Origin: Candidatus Falkowbacteria bacterium HGW-Falkowbacteria-1
Lineage (GTDB): Bacteria > Patescibacteriota > Patescibacteriia > Patescibacteriales > UBA12465
Assembly: GCA_002840305.1 (NCBI GenBank)
Contig: PHAI01000001.1
Span: 178,074-227,462 of the forward strand
Length of the DNA: 49,389 nt
Direction: 5' to 3'
This document shows, piece after piece, positions 8,922 through 17,850 of the stretch. How positions within the stretch are numbered: position 1 is the first letter of the stretch; every line of letters begins with the position of its first letter. The notes below the pieces were generated by a model. It was given only the letters and a program-made list of their open reading frames with translations, was not told the DNA's origin and made no database searches. The position numbers were made by a program, and so were the translations under genes.

Positions 8922-8950
8922 TTGACAAAAACAAAAAAAGACTTTATAGT
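8922..8950 (+). promoter_or_regulatory. Sigma70 promoter for the LexA-like gene
   Basis: TTGACA (8922-8927), 17 bp, TATAGT (8945-8950). Confidence 0.7.
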
Positions 8951-8979
8951 ATAGACATAATAATTAAAGTTGAATATTT

Positions 8980-9615
8980 ATGCACGATTTACAAAAGAAA
9001 ATAGTTAGCATATCCTTAAATAAAGATCTTTCAAAATTAACGTTACGCGACATTGGTGAATTAATAGGAATTGGTAGAGACAACCCTCAGAAGACTAAGC
9101 ATCATTTGCAACAGTTAGTAAAGAGAGGTGTTTTTAAGAATGAAGGTGGAAAATATAAGAAAATAAATGTAAAGAATGATGATAAAAAAACAAGTCTGGT
9201 TTCCTTGCCTATTTATGGCTCGGCAAATTGTGGAGAAGCTATTTCTTTTGCCGATGATCATTTAGAGGGTTATTTAAAAGTTTCTCCCACTATTATTAAA
9301 AATAAAAAGAAAGTATTTGTAGTAAAGGCCAAGGGCAACTCTATGAATAAAGCCTTGATTGACGGAGAGAGTATTAATGATGGTGACTATGTTTTGATTG
9401 ATTCTGAAAAGAAAAACCCAGAAAACGGAGATTATGTTCTGTCTATTATTGATGGTCTTGCCAATATAAAGAGATTCAAAGAGGACAAGGGTAGGGGCAT
9501 GATTGTTTTGTTTTCGGAATCAAGCTCTAATTATGACCCCATTTATATACATAAAAACGATCGCGATTTTTATTCTGTAGCCGGAAAGGTATTGGGAGTC
9601 TTAAAAAATAGTTAA
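8980..9615 (+). CDS. lexA: LexA-like repressor (HTH plus S24 autopeptidase)
   Basis: N-terminal HTH LTLRDIGELIG; cleavage region GSANCG; catalytic GNSM and IKRF. Confidence 0.82.
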   Translation: MHDLQKKIVSISLNKDLSKLTLRDIGELIGIGRDNPQKTKHHLQQLVKRGVFKNEGGKYKKINVKNDDKKTSLVSLPIYGSANCGEAISFADDHLEGYLKVSPTIIKNKKKVFVVKAKGNSMNKALIDGESINDGDYVLIDSEKKNPENGDYVLSIIDGLANIKRFKEDKGRGMIVLFSESSSNYDPIYIHKNDRDFYSVAGKVLGVLKNS

Positions 9616-9638
9616 TTTTTTAAAGCTTAGATTTATAT

Positions 9639-9664
9639 AAAAAGAGCCTTTTGGCTCTTTTTTT
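9639..9664 (+). terminator. Rho-independent terminator
   Basis: AAAAAGAGCC-tttt-GGCTCTTTTTTT. Confidence 0.88.
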
Positions 9665-9750
9665 GTTTTGTTTGTCCTTTTTTTATTTTTATGTTATTAT
9701 TTATATGTAAAACAGCCTAATTTTTTTTAAAGATTTTTAATATAATTTTT

Positions 9751-9987
9751 ATGAGTGAAGACGATAAAAAAATAAAAAGAAAACAAGTATTGTCAGAACT
9801 TAGATCTGAGGAAGAGACGGAAAATCAGCTGATTTGGCTTTACCAAACTTTAATTGATTTGGGGATTGAGAATTGTTTTAGCGAGGATCATCGAGCCTTT
9901 TTTAGTGATGGAATGAAAACCTTGAGAGATGAGTCAAAGGCCCATAAAATTTTAATAAACAGTGTTATTGCCAAATATGGCTTTTAA
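9751..9987 (+). CDS. Small protein, half ferritin/rubrerythrin-like helix pair
   Basis: Two predicted helices with EEETE..LY and DESKAH motifs. Confidence 0.5.
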   Translation: MSEDDKKIKRKQVLSELRSEEETENQLIWLYQTLIDLGIENCFSEDHRAFFSDGMKTLRDESKAHKILINSVIAKYGF

Positions 9988-10013
9988 GAATAAAAAGTAA
10001 TTTTGTAAAATAT

Positions 10014-10241
10014 ATGAATTTTGATAAATGTTCCATGAGCCAAGAGGGGATACTTCTCAATCTGCAGAAAGGCCTGGACAGTGAAGTTAGGGCCAGAGAT
10101 TTATGTCAAGAACTTTTAAGTGTTATGGACGATGAAAATGATAAAAAAATTATTGATAAAATATTGAAAGATGAGGAGCGACATATAAAAATTACTGAAG
10201 AATTAATAGTTGTTGCCAAAGCTTTTTACGCTAACAACTAA
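10014..10241 (+). CDS. Small ferritin/rubrerythrin-like helix-pair protein
   Basis: GLDSEVRARDLC and ILKDEERH (ExxH di-iron motif). Confidence 0.65.
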   Translation: MNFDKCSMSQEGILLNLQKGLDSEVRARDLCQELLSVMDDENDKKIIDKILKDEERHIKITEELIVVAKAFYANN

Positions 10242-10266
10242 TTTTTGATTATTCCTCATTTGCCTT

Positions 10267-10668
10267 ATGAATTCAAAGCCAAAAAAAATTCTAATAGTTG
10301 AAGATGAAAGGCCATTGTCTAGGGCCTTGGAGTTGAAGTTGTCAAATATAGGTTTTAAAACTAGGGTTGCTTATGACGGCGAAGAAGCTTTAGATTTTAT
10401 AAAAAAAGATAAGTTCGATCTTATGTTGCTTGACTTGGTTGTGCCAAATATTAGTGGCTTTGATGTTTTGTTGAGATTAAGACAATCAAAGAATAAAATA
10501 CCAATAATAATTACTTCTAATTTGGGTCAAGGTGACGATTTAAAGAAGGCTCAAGAGCTGGGAACTTTAAAATACTTCATTAAGTCGGACGTTGGTATTG
10601 CCGAAATCGTTAACTATGTTAAGGATTTTCTGGATAATAATTTAAAAAACGATAAGGATAAAAAATAA
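10267..10668 (+). CDS. Single-domain response regulator
   Basis: ILIVEDE, DLMLLDLVVP, TSNL, YFIK. Confidence 0.9.
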   Translation: MNSKPKKILIVEDERPLSRALELKLSNIGFKTRVAYDGEEALDFIKKDKFDLMLLDLVVPNISGFDVLLRLRQSKNKIPIIITSNLGQGDDLKKAQELGTLKYFIKSDVGIAEIVNYVKDFLDNNLKNDKDKK

Positions 10669-10674
10669 AAATAT

Positions 10675-12318
10675 ATGTTTTTAGATGAAGATAAAATAAA
10701 GGATATACTTTTGTCTGAGAGTTATATTACTAAATTAGACTTACAGAAGGCTGAGAAATTTTTGAATGGAGCCGGGTCAGTAATCGATTATTTTTTGGAT
10801 CACGGAGTTTTAACTAAAAAATTATTAGGACAGGCAATAGCCGAATTCGATGGTGTGTCTTATTTTGATTTGAGAAACAATCTACCTTCTTATGAACAAA
10901 TTTTGAAATTTCCCGAAGAAGTTGCTAGGGAATACCGCTTGGTTTTCACCAGAGAAGATGGTGAAAAAATGTTTTTTACTTCCGATGATCCTAAAAATTC
11001 CAAAAATATATTTTTGAGCATGGGGGAGCTTTTTCCAGTAGAGAATGTTTCTATTTCTTATTCTTTGCCAGAAGATATAGACTTCGCTTTGGATTATTTT
11101 TACAAGAAGCCACTCAAGACAAGATTTAGTGATATTATTAAAGGTGGAAAAAAAGTAGCTCAAGAAATAACAACCGAAATATTTAAAGATGCTTTGGCTT
11201 ACAATTCTTCTGATATTCATTTTGAACCACAGGGAAATGAAACGGTTATTCGTTTTAGAGTTGACGGTGTTTTACAAGAAGCTGGAAGAATTTCCAATGA
11301 GTACTATAGTAATATTTTAAATTTTGTAAAGGTACAAAGCGGACTGAGAATAGACGAACATTATTCTGCGCAGGACGGTTCTATGAGTTACAAAATAGGC
11401 AAACAAGAAGTAGATATGCGTATTTCTATTTTACCGGTGGTTAGTGGAGAAAAAATAGTTATTCGTCTTTTGGCTAAGTATATAAAAGGATTTGGTCTGC
11501 ACGAAATTGGATTAGAGAAAAAAGATAGAGATTTAATGAGACGGGAAATACAAAGACCTTTTGGTATGATTCTTACAACTGGCCCGACTGGAAGTGGAAA
11601 AACGACCACTCTTTATGCCTTGATAAAGTTATTAAATAATCCGAGGGTTAATATAACAACTTTAGAAGATCCAATAGAATATAGAATTAAAAATATAAAT
11701 CAGATTCAGGTCAATGTGGCTACCAATTTAACCTTTTTAAAGGGACTCCGAACCATTGTTAGACAGGACCCCGATGTTATTATGGTTGGGGAAATTAGAG
11801 ACGAAGAAACTGCCGAAATGGCTGTTAACGCCTCTCTTACTGGCCATTTACTTTTGTCAACTTTTCACGCCAATGATTCTGCTACCACTATTGCTCGTCT
11901 CTTGGATATGGGAGTAGAGCCGTTTTTATTGGCGTCTACGCTTAGAGTCGTTGTGGCCCAAAGACTAGTCAGAAGATTATGTGAAAAATGTCGTTACAGT
12001 GTTACAATTTCCAAAGAAGATTTAAAAAAAGAACATCCCGAGATTGCTAAGTACCTTAAGAGAGAGGACAATGTCTTTTATCAATCACATGGTTGTGAAT
12101 CTTGTGGCTATACTGGCTACACTGGTAGAAATGCTATTTTTGAAATTATTTTAAACACTCCGGAGATGCAAGATTTAATATTGTCTAGGCCATCAGCTAA
12201 ACAAATTTGGGAATTAGCGCAAAAACAAGGGTCAGGATCTTTGTTTGCCGATGGTATGCAAAAAGTAAAAGCGGGTATAACATCTATTGAAGACTTGCTT
12301 AGAGTCGCCCTTCCTTAA
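10675..12318 (+). CDS. pilB: Type IV pilus assembly ATPase, PilB/GspE family
   Basis: SDIHFEP, RFRVDG, GPTGSGKTTT, LEDPIEY, RQDPDVIMVGEIRD, CxxC..CxxC. Confidence 0.93.
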   Translation: MFLDEDKIKDILLSESYITKLDLQKAEKFLNGAGSVIDYFLDHGVLTKKLLGQAIAEFDGVSYFDLRNNLPSYEQILKFPEEVAREYRLVFTREDGEKMFFTSDDPKNSKNIFLSMGELFPVENVSISYSLPEDIDFALDYFYKKPLKTRFSDIIKGGKKVAQEITTEIFKDALAYNSSDIHFEPQGNETVIRFRVDGVLQEAGRISNEYYSNILNFVKVQSGLRIDEHYSAQDGSMSYKIGKQEVDMRISILPVVSGEKIVIRLLAKYIKGFGLHEIGLEKKDRDLMRREIQRPFGMILTTGPTGSGKTTTLYALIKLLNNPRVNITTLEDPIEYRIKNINQIQVNVATNLTFLKGLRTIVRQDPDVIMVGEIRDEETAEMAVNASLTGHLLLSTFHANDSATTIARLLDMGVEPFLLASTLRVVVAQRLVRRLCEKCRYSVTISKEDLKKEHPEIAKYLKREDNVFYQSHGCESCGYTGYTGRNAIFEIILNTPEMQDLILSRPSAKQIWELAQKQGSGSLFADGMQKVKAGITSIEDLLRVALP

Positions 12319-12335
12319 TATTTATTTATAAAATT

Positions 12336-13397
12336 ATGAAACTATCAGAAATGGGGCTTAGCTCTAAAAAGGGGTATCTTATAGAAAATTTGGCCACATT
12401 AGTTGATGCTGGTATAAATATTTCAGAATCATTGTTTATTATTTCGTCTGGGGTTAAAAATAAGGCTTTTAAATCCTTGATTGGTAGAATAAAAGAAGGC
12501 GTTGACGCCGGATTTTCCTTGTGTGAGTCATTCAAAAAAACTAACATTTTTTCTAATCGCGATATATCATTAATAATGATTGGCGAGAGTTCTGGTCGTT
12601 TAGCTGAAAATTTAAATATTTTGTCTTTGCAACATCAGAAAGAAAAATTTTTTAGATATAAAGTTTATTCTGCTTTGATGTATCCAGCGTTGGTTTTATT
12701 TATGATGCTTGTTATCGGTGTTGGTATGAGCTGGTTTTTGTTACCTAAGTTATCTGTCGTTTTTACGCAGTTGGATGCTAAATTACCATTTATAACCAGG
12801 GTGATGATTTCGGTTGGTAATTTTTTTGGGAGTTATGGAGCGATTTTTTTTCCAATATTTTTCACCTTGCTGTTTCTTTTCTTTTATTTTATTTTTGTAC
12901 ACAAGAAGACACAGCATATAGGTCAGTTGTTTTTATTTAATTTTTTTAGTACTAGAAAGCTAGTTTTAGAATCGGAGCTTTCCCGTTTCGGTTATATTTT
13001 AGGAACTCTTTTGAAGGCTGGTTTTTCTATAACTGAGTCTTTGAGACTTTTAAATCAAGCCAGTCCATTCTCTTTCTATAGAGATTTTTATTTATATTTA
13101 TCAGAGAGTATATCGGAGGGAATCTCTTTTAAAAATAGCTTCGATTCTTTTACAAAGTCAGAGAGACTCATTCCTGCTTCTGTCCAACAAATGATATTTG
13201 TTGGTGAAAAGTCTGGCAAACTTCCAGAGATGCTTTTAAAAATAGGAAGGAGCTACGAGGAAAAGCTTGATATTACTACCAAGAATTTATCAGCCGTGCT
13301 TGAACCGGTGCTTTTGATTACTGTTTGGATCGGCGTGGTGGTTTTGGCTTTGGCTATAATTTTGCCAGTTTATAGCTTGATAAGCAATATCAATTAG
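12336..13397 (+). CDS. pilC: Type IV pilus platform protein, PilC/GspF family
   Basis: GESSGRL, ALMYP, GEKSGKL, LEP..P.Y motifs; 3 TM segments. Confidence 0.9.
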   Translation: MKLSEMGLSSKKGYLIENLATLVDAGINISESLFIISSGVKNKAFKSLIGRIKEGVDAGFSLCESFKKTNIFSNRDISLIMIGESSGRLAENLNILSLQHQKEKFFRYKVYSALMYPALVLFMMLVIGVGMSWFLLPKLSVVFTQLDAKLPFITRVMISVGNFFGSYGAIFFPIFFTLLFLFFYFIFVHKKTQHIGQLFLFNFFSTRKLVLESELSRFGYILGTLLKAGFSITESLRLLNQASPFSFYRDFYLYLSESISEGISFKNSFDSFTKSERLIPASVQQMIFVGEKSGKLPEMLLKIGRSYEEKLDITTKNLSAVLEPVLLITVWIGVVVLALAIILPVYSLISNIN

Positions 13398-13405
13398 TTT
13401 TTTTT

Positions 13406-13891
13406 ATGATTTTTTCAAAAAATAGCAGACATAAAGAAGGTTTGTTGCGTGAATCAAAAACTTTTTCACGTGGTTTCTCTTTGTTGGAGATTTTACTTAC
13501 AGTGTCTATTTTAGCTTTATTAGCCGGAGTTCTTTCACCGGTTTATTTTTCTATGCAGAGCAGGGACAGTTTAGAGGCGAAGACCGAGACTGTCGTTAGC
13601 TCACTCAGAAGGGCCCAGATTTTATCTATGACTGGCGAGAATGATTCTTCTTGGGGCTTAAAGATACTAGAGAATGAGGTTGTAGTTTTTGAAGGAAACG
13701 ATTATTTAACCAGAGACACAGTTTATGACGATATCATAAAAATTGATAGCAAAATAATAACTAGTGGTCTAGACGAAATTGTTTTTAATAAGATTGTTGG
13801 TGATACTAATGACACCGGTGTTGTTACTTTAAAGTCGACTACTCAAGAAAGAAATATTGATATAAACAAAAAGGGTATAGTAAATTATTAA
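13406..13891 (+). CDS. Minor pilin (FimT/GspH-like)
   Basis: Class III signal RGFSLLEILL; LRRAQ..SM. Confidence 0.85.
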   Translation: MIFSKNSRHKEGLLRESKTFSRGFSLLEILLTVSILALLAGVLSPVYFSMQSRDSLEAKTETVVSSLRRAQILSMTGENDSSWGLKILENEVVVFEGNDYLTRDTVYDDIIKIDSKIITSGLDEIVFNKIVGDTNDTGVVTLKSTTQERNIDINKKGIVNY

Positions 13892-13896
13892 TTTTT

Positions 13897-16155
13897 ATGT
13901 TTATAAAGAAAAAATTGAGAGCTTTTGGTGGTATAGAGATTCTTTTGGCTGGCTCAATAATGACATTGGTGATGGTTTCTTTGATGGGTCTTTTGTTCTA
14001 TGGCCAAGATTCAATTAAAAGAGAGAATTTATCATCTGGGGCATCTTTAGTGGCCAATGAAGGTTTGGAGGCCGTTTCTAGTATTCGAGACAGAAGCTTT
14101 TCTGATCTAGTGGATGGTCTTCATGGCTTGGTTTTTGTTGATGGGCAATGGGAGCTTTCTGGCGAAAGTGATGAGTCTAGTGGTTTTAATAGGGTTATTA
14201 CTATAAGCCCCATTTCAGAGAATATAAAAAAAGTTTCCGTTTCTGTGACATGGTCTAATGGTCCAGGTAAAACTGGCCGGGTTTTATTATATAAACATCT
14301 TAGTAATTGGTTTGAGCAACAAAATGTCGTAGTTATAACAGAGGCTGAGCAGTTATTAATAGATTCTTCCGGAGGTATTGTTAATGCTTCGAATAGAAAT
14401 CAGGTTATCGGAGTCAATCTTTCTAATCAAGGCCCTAATGATATAATTTCAATTAAAAAAATGACACCGATATGGAGCGGGGTTAATACCAATCGTAGAA
14501 TATCTTCTATAGCTATAGGAGGGGTAACAGTTTGGAGTGGGTCGGAAGTATCAGGAGTAGAGCTTACGTTAGACGCTCCCTTTGAACTTGATCTTTTGTC
14601 TGGCGAATATCCGCTTATTTTTAATTTTAGTAGGACAGTTGATGGTATAAGCTTGTATGCCAATTTTACTATGTTTGATGATTCACAAAAACAGGAGGGC
14701 ATGATTGCTGGTGTCGGCGCCGATTTAATTCCACCGGCCACTATAAATGATTTAAGTCCCATAGAAACAGACAATGAATCAGTAACTTTATCTTGGACGG
14801 CCCCTGGGGATGATGATAATGTTGGTCTAGCCTCTTATTATGAAATTAGATATTCTCAAGATAATATAACGGAAGCCAATTGGGATTCTGCTAGCATTTT
14901 TTCTGGAGTACCGTTACCTGAAATGGCAGGGACAGTTCAATCAATAAAAGTAGATGGTCTGTCCGTGGACACGGGGTATTATTTTGCTATAAAGACTACT
15001 GACGACAGTGAAAATGTTTCCGATATATCAAATATTGTTTACGATAGTACGACTGGATTAACTCAAGCCGAGAGGTTGCTGATTGATTCCTCGGGAGGCA
15101 TCGTTAATGCTTCGAATAGAAATCAGGTTATCGGAGTCAATCTTTCTAATCAAGGCCCTGGCCAGATAATTTCAATTAAAAAAATAAAGCCGACATGGAG
15201 TGGAATCAATACCAATCGTAGGATATCCTCTATAGTTATAGGAGGGACAACTGTTTGGAGCGGTTCGGAAGTGTCCGGAACGGAACTTACATTGAATGCA
15301 CCTTTCGATCTCGATCTTTCGTCTGGTGAATATCCGCTTATTTTTAATTTTAGTAGGACGGTTGATGGCATAAGTCTGTATGCTGGCTTTATCATGTTTG
15401 ATGATTCGCAAAAACAAGAGAGCATGATTTCTGGCACTGGAGCCGACTTAACCCCACCGGCCGATATAAGTAACTTAGGTCTTGTTACAAAAGATCATGA
15501 ATCAGTAACTTTGTCTTGGACGGCGCCCGGAGATGATGGTAGCACTGGCATGGCCTCTTATTATGAAATTAGGTATTCTCAAAGCAATATTACCGATCTT
15601 AATTGGGACTTAGCTAACGTTTTTTCTGGAGCGCCATTACCTGCAATGGCCGGAACGGCTCAATCAGTCAAAGTAAACGGTTTATCTCCCAATACTGGTT
15701 ATTATTTTGCCATAAAAACTACCGATGATAGTGAAAATACCTCTGGTTTGTCCAATATTTTTTATACAACCACTAATAGTCTGCCGCAATCTTCTTATTT
15801 ACAAATTAATATGAGCGGAGCGGTTATTGGTCCGTTGCCCTTAAGCAATGTAAACGTTTCTGGCATCATGTTAGACAACAATGGAGCCGCTAGTATAAGT
15901 ATAAAATCTATAAGTGGGTCATGGACAGGCAGCAGATTAAGAGAAATATTTATAAATGGAGTATCTATTTGGTCTGGCAATCTTAATTCTGGCGGAACTG
16001 CCACTTTTTCTACTCCTTATGTTTTAACCACTATCGGGGGACCATATAACTTGCGTTTAAGATTTCAGAGTAATTTTACTGGTCAAACAATAAATTATTT
16101 GGATTTTACTTTATTTGATAATTCGGTTAAAAGAAGTGGCAGTAAAAGTTTTTAA
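13897..16155 (+). CDS. Modular minor pilin (PilV/GspI-like N-terminus) carrying repeated beta-rich and FN3 domains
   Basis: RAFGGIEILL, ANEGLEAV..IRD, VSVSVTW; FN3 LSWTAPGDD..YYFAIKTTD occurs twice. Confidence 0.82.
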   Translation: MFIKKKLRAFGGIEILLAGSIMTLVMVSLMGLLFYGQDSIKRENLSSGASLVANEGLEAVSSIRDRSFSDLVDGLHGLVFVDGQWELSGESDESSGFNRVITISPISENIKKVSVSVTWSNGPGKTGRVLLYKHLSNWFEQQNVVVITEAEQLLIDSSGGIVNASNRNQVIGVNLSNQGPNDIISIKKMTPIWSGVNTNRRISSIAIGGVTVWSGSEVSGVELTLDAPFELDLLSGEYPLIFNFSRTVDGISLYANFTMFDDSQKQEGMIAGVGADLIPPATINDLSPIETDNESVTLSWTAPGDDDNVGLASYYEIRYSQDNITEANWDSASIFSGVPLPEMAGTVQSIKVDGLSVDTGYYFAIKTTDDSENVSDISNIVYDSTTGLTQAERLLIDSSGGIVNASNRNQVIGVNLSNQGPGQIISIKKIKPTWSGINTNRRISSIVIGGTTVWSGSEVSGTELTLNAPFDLDLSSGEYPLIFNFSRTVDGISLYAGFIMFDDSQKQESMISGTGADLTPPADISNLGLVTKDHESVTLSWTAPGDDGSTGMASYYEIRYSQSNITDLNWDLANVFSGAPLPAMAGTAQSVKVNGLSPNTGYYFAIKTTDDSENTSGLSNIFYTTTNSLPQSSYLQINMSGAVIGPLPLSNVNVSGIMLDNNGAASISIKSISGSWTGSRLREIFINGVSIWSGNLNSGGTATFSTPYVLTTIGGPYNLRLRFQSNFTGQTINYLDFTLFDNSVKRSGSKSF
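14338..15783 (+). repeat. Two 723-bp in-frame tandem repeats (241 aa), followed by a diverged third partial unit
   Basis: TEAEQLLIDSSGG at 14338 and TQAERLLIDSSGG at 15061; long identical DNA stretches. Confidence 0.93.
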
Positions 16156-16159
16156 CTTT

Positions 16160-16675
16160 ATGAATTTATTTTGTTTTAAAAAGAATAGATCGGCCATGAC
16201 TTTAATAGAACTCTTGCTTTATGTTAGCTTGCTTGTTTTTATTTTTTCAGCCCTTTTTTCTACCTTAAGTATTTTCTACAGCAATAAAATTAAAAATAGG
16301 ACTATATTAGAGGTTGAGCAACAGGGACTGATTGCATCTTTGATACTTAGCCAAGAGATAAGAAATGCTCAATCTATAAACTCCCCTTCAGCCGGAAATT
16401 CTTTGGCGAGCTTGTCTTTAGAGCCTTTTGATCCGAGCAGGAATCCTCTTTTATTTTCTTTAATAGCTGACAAAATTGTGATTGATGAAGCTGGAGACCA
16501 AAGCAATCTGAGTTCTGATAATGTAGTAATTAGTAATTTAAATTTTGAAAACAATTCAGCCGGGGAGACTTCAAGTATTAAATTTAGTTTTGATGTTTCT
16601 TACAATTCAGATAGCTTAAGGCAAGAATATAAATATGATAAAAATTTTTCAGGTACCGCCAACTTACTTAAATAA
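16160..16675 (+). CDS. Minor pilin (PilW/GspJ-like)
   Basis: SAMTLIELLLYV; LSQEIRNA; ATG at 16160 preferred over TTG 16115. Confidence 0.82.
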   Translation: MNLFCFKKNRSAMTLIELLLYVSLLVFIFSALFSTLSIFYSNKIKNRTILEVEQQGLIASLILSQEIRNAQSINSPSAGNSLASLSLEPFDPSRNPLLFSLIADKIVIDEAGDQSNLSSDNVVISNLNFENNSAGETSSIKFSFDVSYNSDSLRQEYKYDKNFSGTANLLK

Positions 16676-17078
16676 AAATATTTTAAATTTCAAAAGATCG
16701 GCCTTCGTGGCAATGATAAGTGTTTTAATTGTTAGTGTTGTCGTTTTGTCGATTTCGGTGACTATCGTTTTTGTTAATATTAATGCCATTAAGAATAGTT
16801 TATCGATAAGAAATTCTGATCAAGCCAGGATGTTGGCCGAGTCTTGCTCGGAATATGCTCTAGAAGAAATAGTTCTTGATTCTGATTTTTCTGGCGGTGA
16901 TAGCGTTGTTTTTGATGATGGTGAGTGTAGTTATAACGTTATTGTCGGAGCGGGAGAAGAGAGAACAATAGAATTGTTAGGACAAGTTAAAAACAGTACA
17001 AGAAGGGAAAAGATAGAGATAGATTCACTAAACCCGGATATAAATATTGTTTCTTGGCAAGAAGTCGCTAGTTTCTAA
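16635..17078 (+). CDS. Minor pilin (PilX/GspK-like)
   Basis: SAFVAMISVL (no Glu5), ARMLAESC.E.AL, terminal SWQEV; start uncertain. Confidence 0.75.
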   Translation: MIKIFQVPPTYLNKNILNFKRSAFVAMISVLIVSVVVLSISVTIVFVNINAIKNSLSIRNSDQARMLAESCSEYALEEIVLDSDFSGGDSVVFDDGECSYNVIVGAGEERTIELLGQVKNSTRREKIEIDSLNPDINIVSWQEVASF

Positions 17079-17294
17079 AAGGGCATGTTTGTAATGCTTT
17101 TTGTATATATCATTTTATATAATAAAGAAATATCAAAATTTGGTGTTTTTTAAATTTCGTGCTATATTATTTGTAATAATAAAGGTCGAGTATATTTATT
17201 ATTTTTTTAAATATTTTAAAGAATAAAAATTAATTTAATGATTTTTTATAATTTTGTTTTTTTGAAAACGATTTATAAAAGCTCAACAAAAGTC

Positions 17295-17738
17295 ATGAAT
17301 AAAAAAAGAAATCAAGGTTTTACATTATTGGAAATCTTGTTAGCTGTTGCCGCTTTGGTAATTTTAGCCAGTATTGTTATTTTGGCTATTAATCCAGGGA
17401 AACAATTAGCTGATACTAGAAATTCACAAAGATGGTCAGATGTAAACACTATTTTAAATGCTGTTTATCAATACGCTATTGATAACGAAGGTGATTTGCC
17501 AGCTACAATTCCGCTTGATACTTCCACTGGAACTGATATTTGCATAGAAACAGATACGGCTTCTTCTTGTTTGGTTGATCTTTCAGTTTTGATCCCAACG
17601 TATTTAGTTGATATTCCAACTGATCCAAAAGCAACTACTACACAAAACTATACCGTGGTGGCATCATCTACAACAGACAGAATAACTGTTTCGGCTCCTT
17701 TGGCTGAACAAAGTAAGACTATCACAGTTACTAGATAG
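17295..17738 (+). CDS. Type IV pilin, probable major pilin
   Basis: MNKKRNQGFTLLEILL..AINP, RNSQRWSDV, IPTDP; ATG 17295 preferred; own extended -10 TGCTATATT at 17160-17168. Confidence 0.88.
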   Translation: MNKKRNQGFTLLEILLAVAALVILASIVILAINPGKQLADTRNSQRWSDVNTILNAVYQYAIDNEGDLPATIPLDTSTGTDICIETDTASSCLVDLSVLIPTYLVDIPTDPKATTTQNYTVVASSTTDRITVSAPLAEQSKTITVTR

Positions 17739-17750
17739 TAACTTTCTCAA

Positions 17751-17808
17751 AATAATGCACTGCTAAATTTGCCCGGCTTAGGCCGGGCAAGGGTGGCCGT
17801 GCATTATT
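17751..17808 (+). other. Long compound stem-loop downstream of the pilin
   Basis: AATAATGCAC/GTGCATTATT outer stem and TTGCCCGGC-ttag-GCCGGGCAA inner stem. Confidence 0.75.
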
Positions 17809-17850
17809 GTTATTATGGCACAATAACAATAATGTCTTAAGATTAAAAAC

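Noticed and set aside
14338..15783. Repeat pair as a DGR template/variable region
   Set aside because: Both copies lie in-frame in one gene, differences are not confined to adenines, and there is no reverse transcriptase in the window
10675..17738. Type II secretion system
   Set aside because: No secretin or GspC/L/M genes; the pilin set fits a type IV pilus
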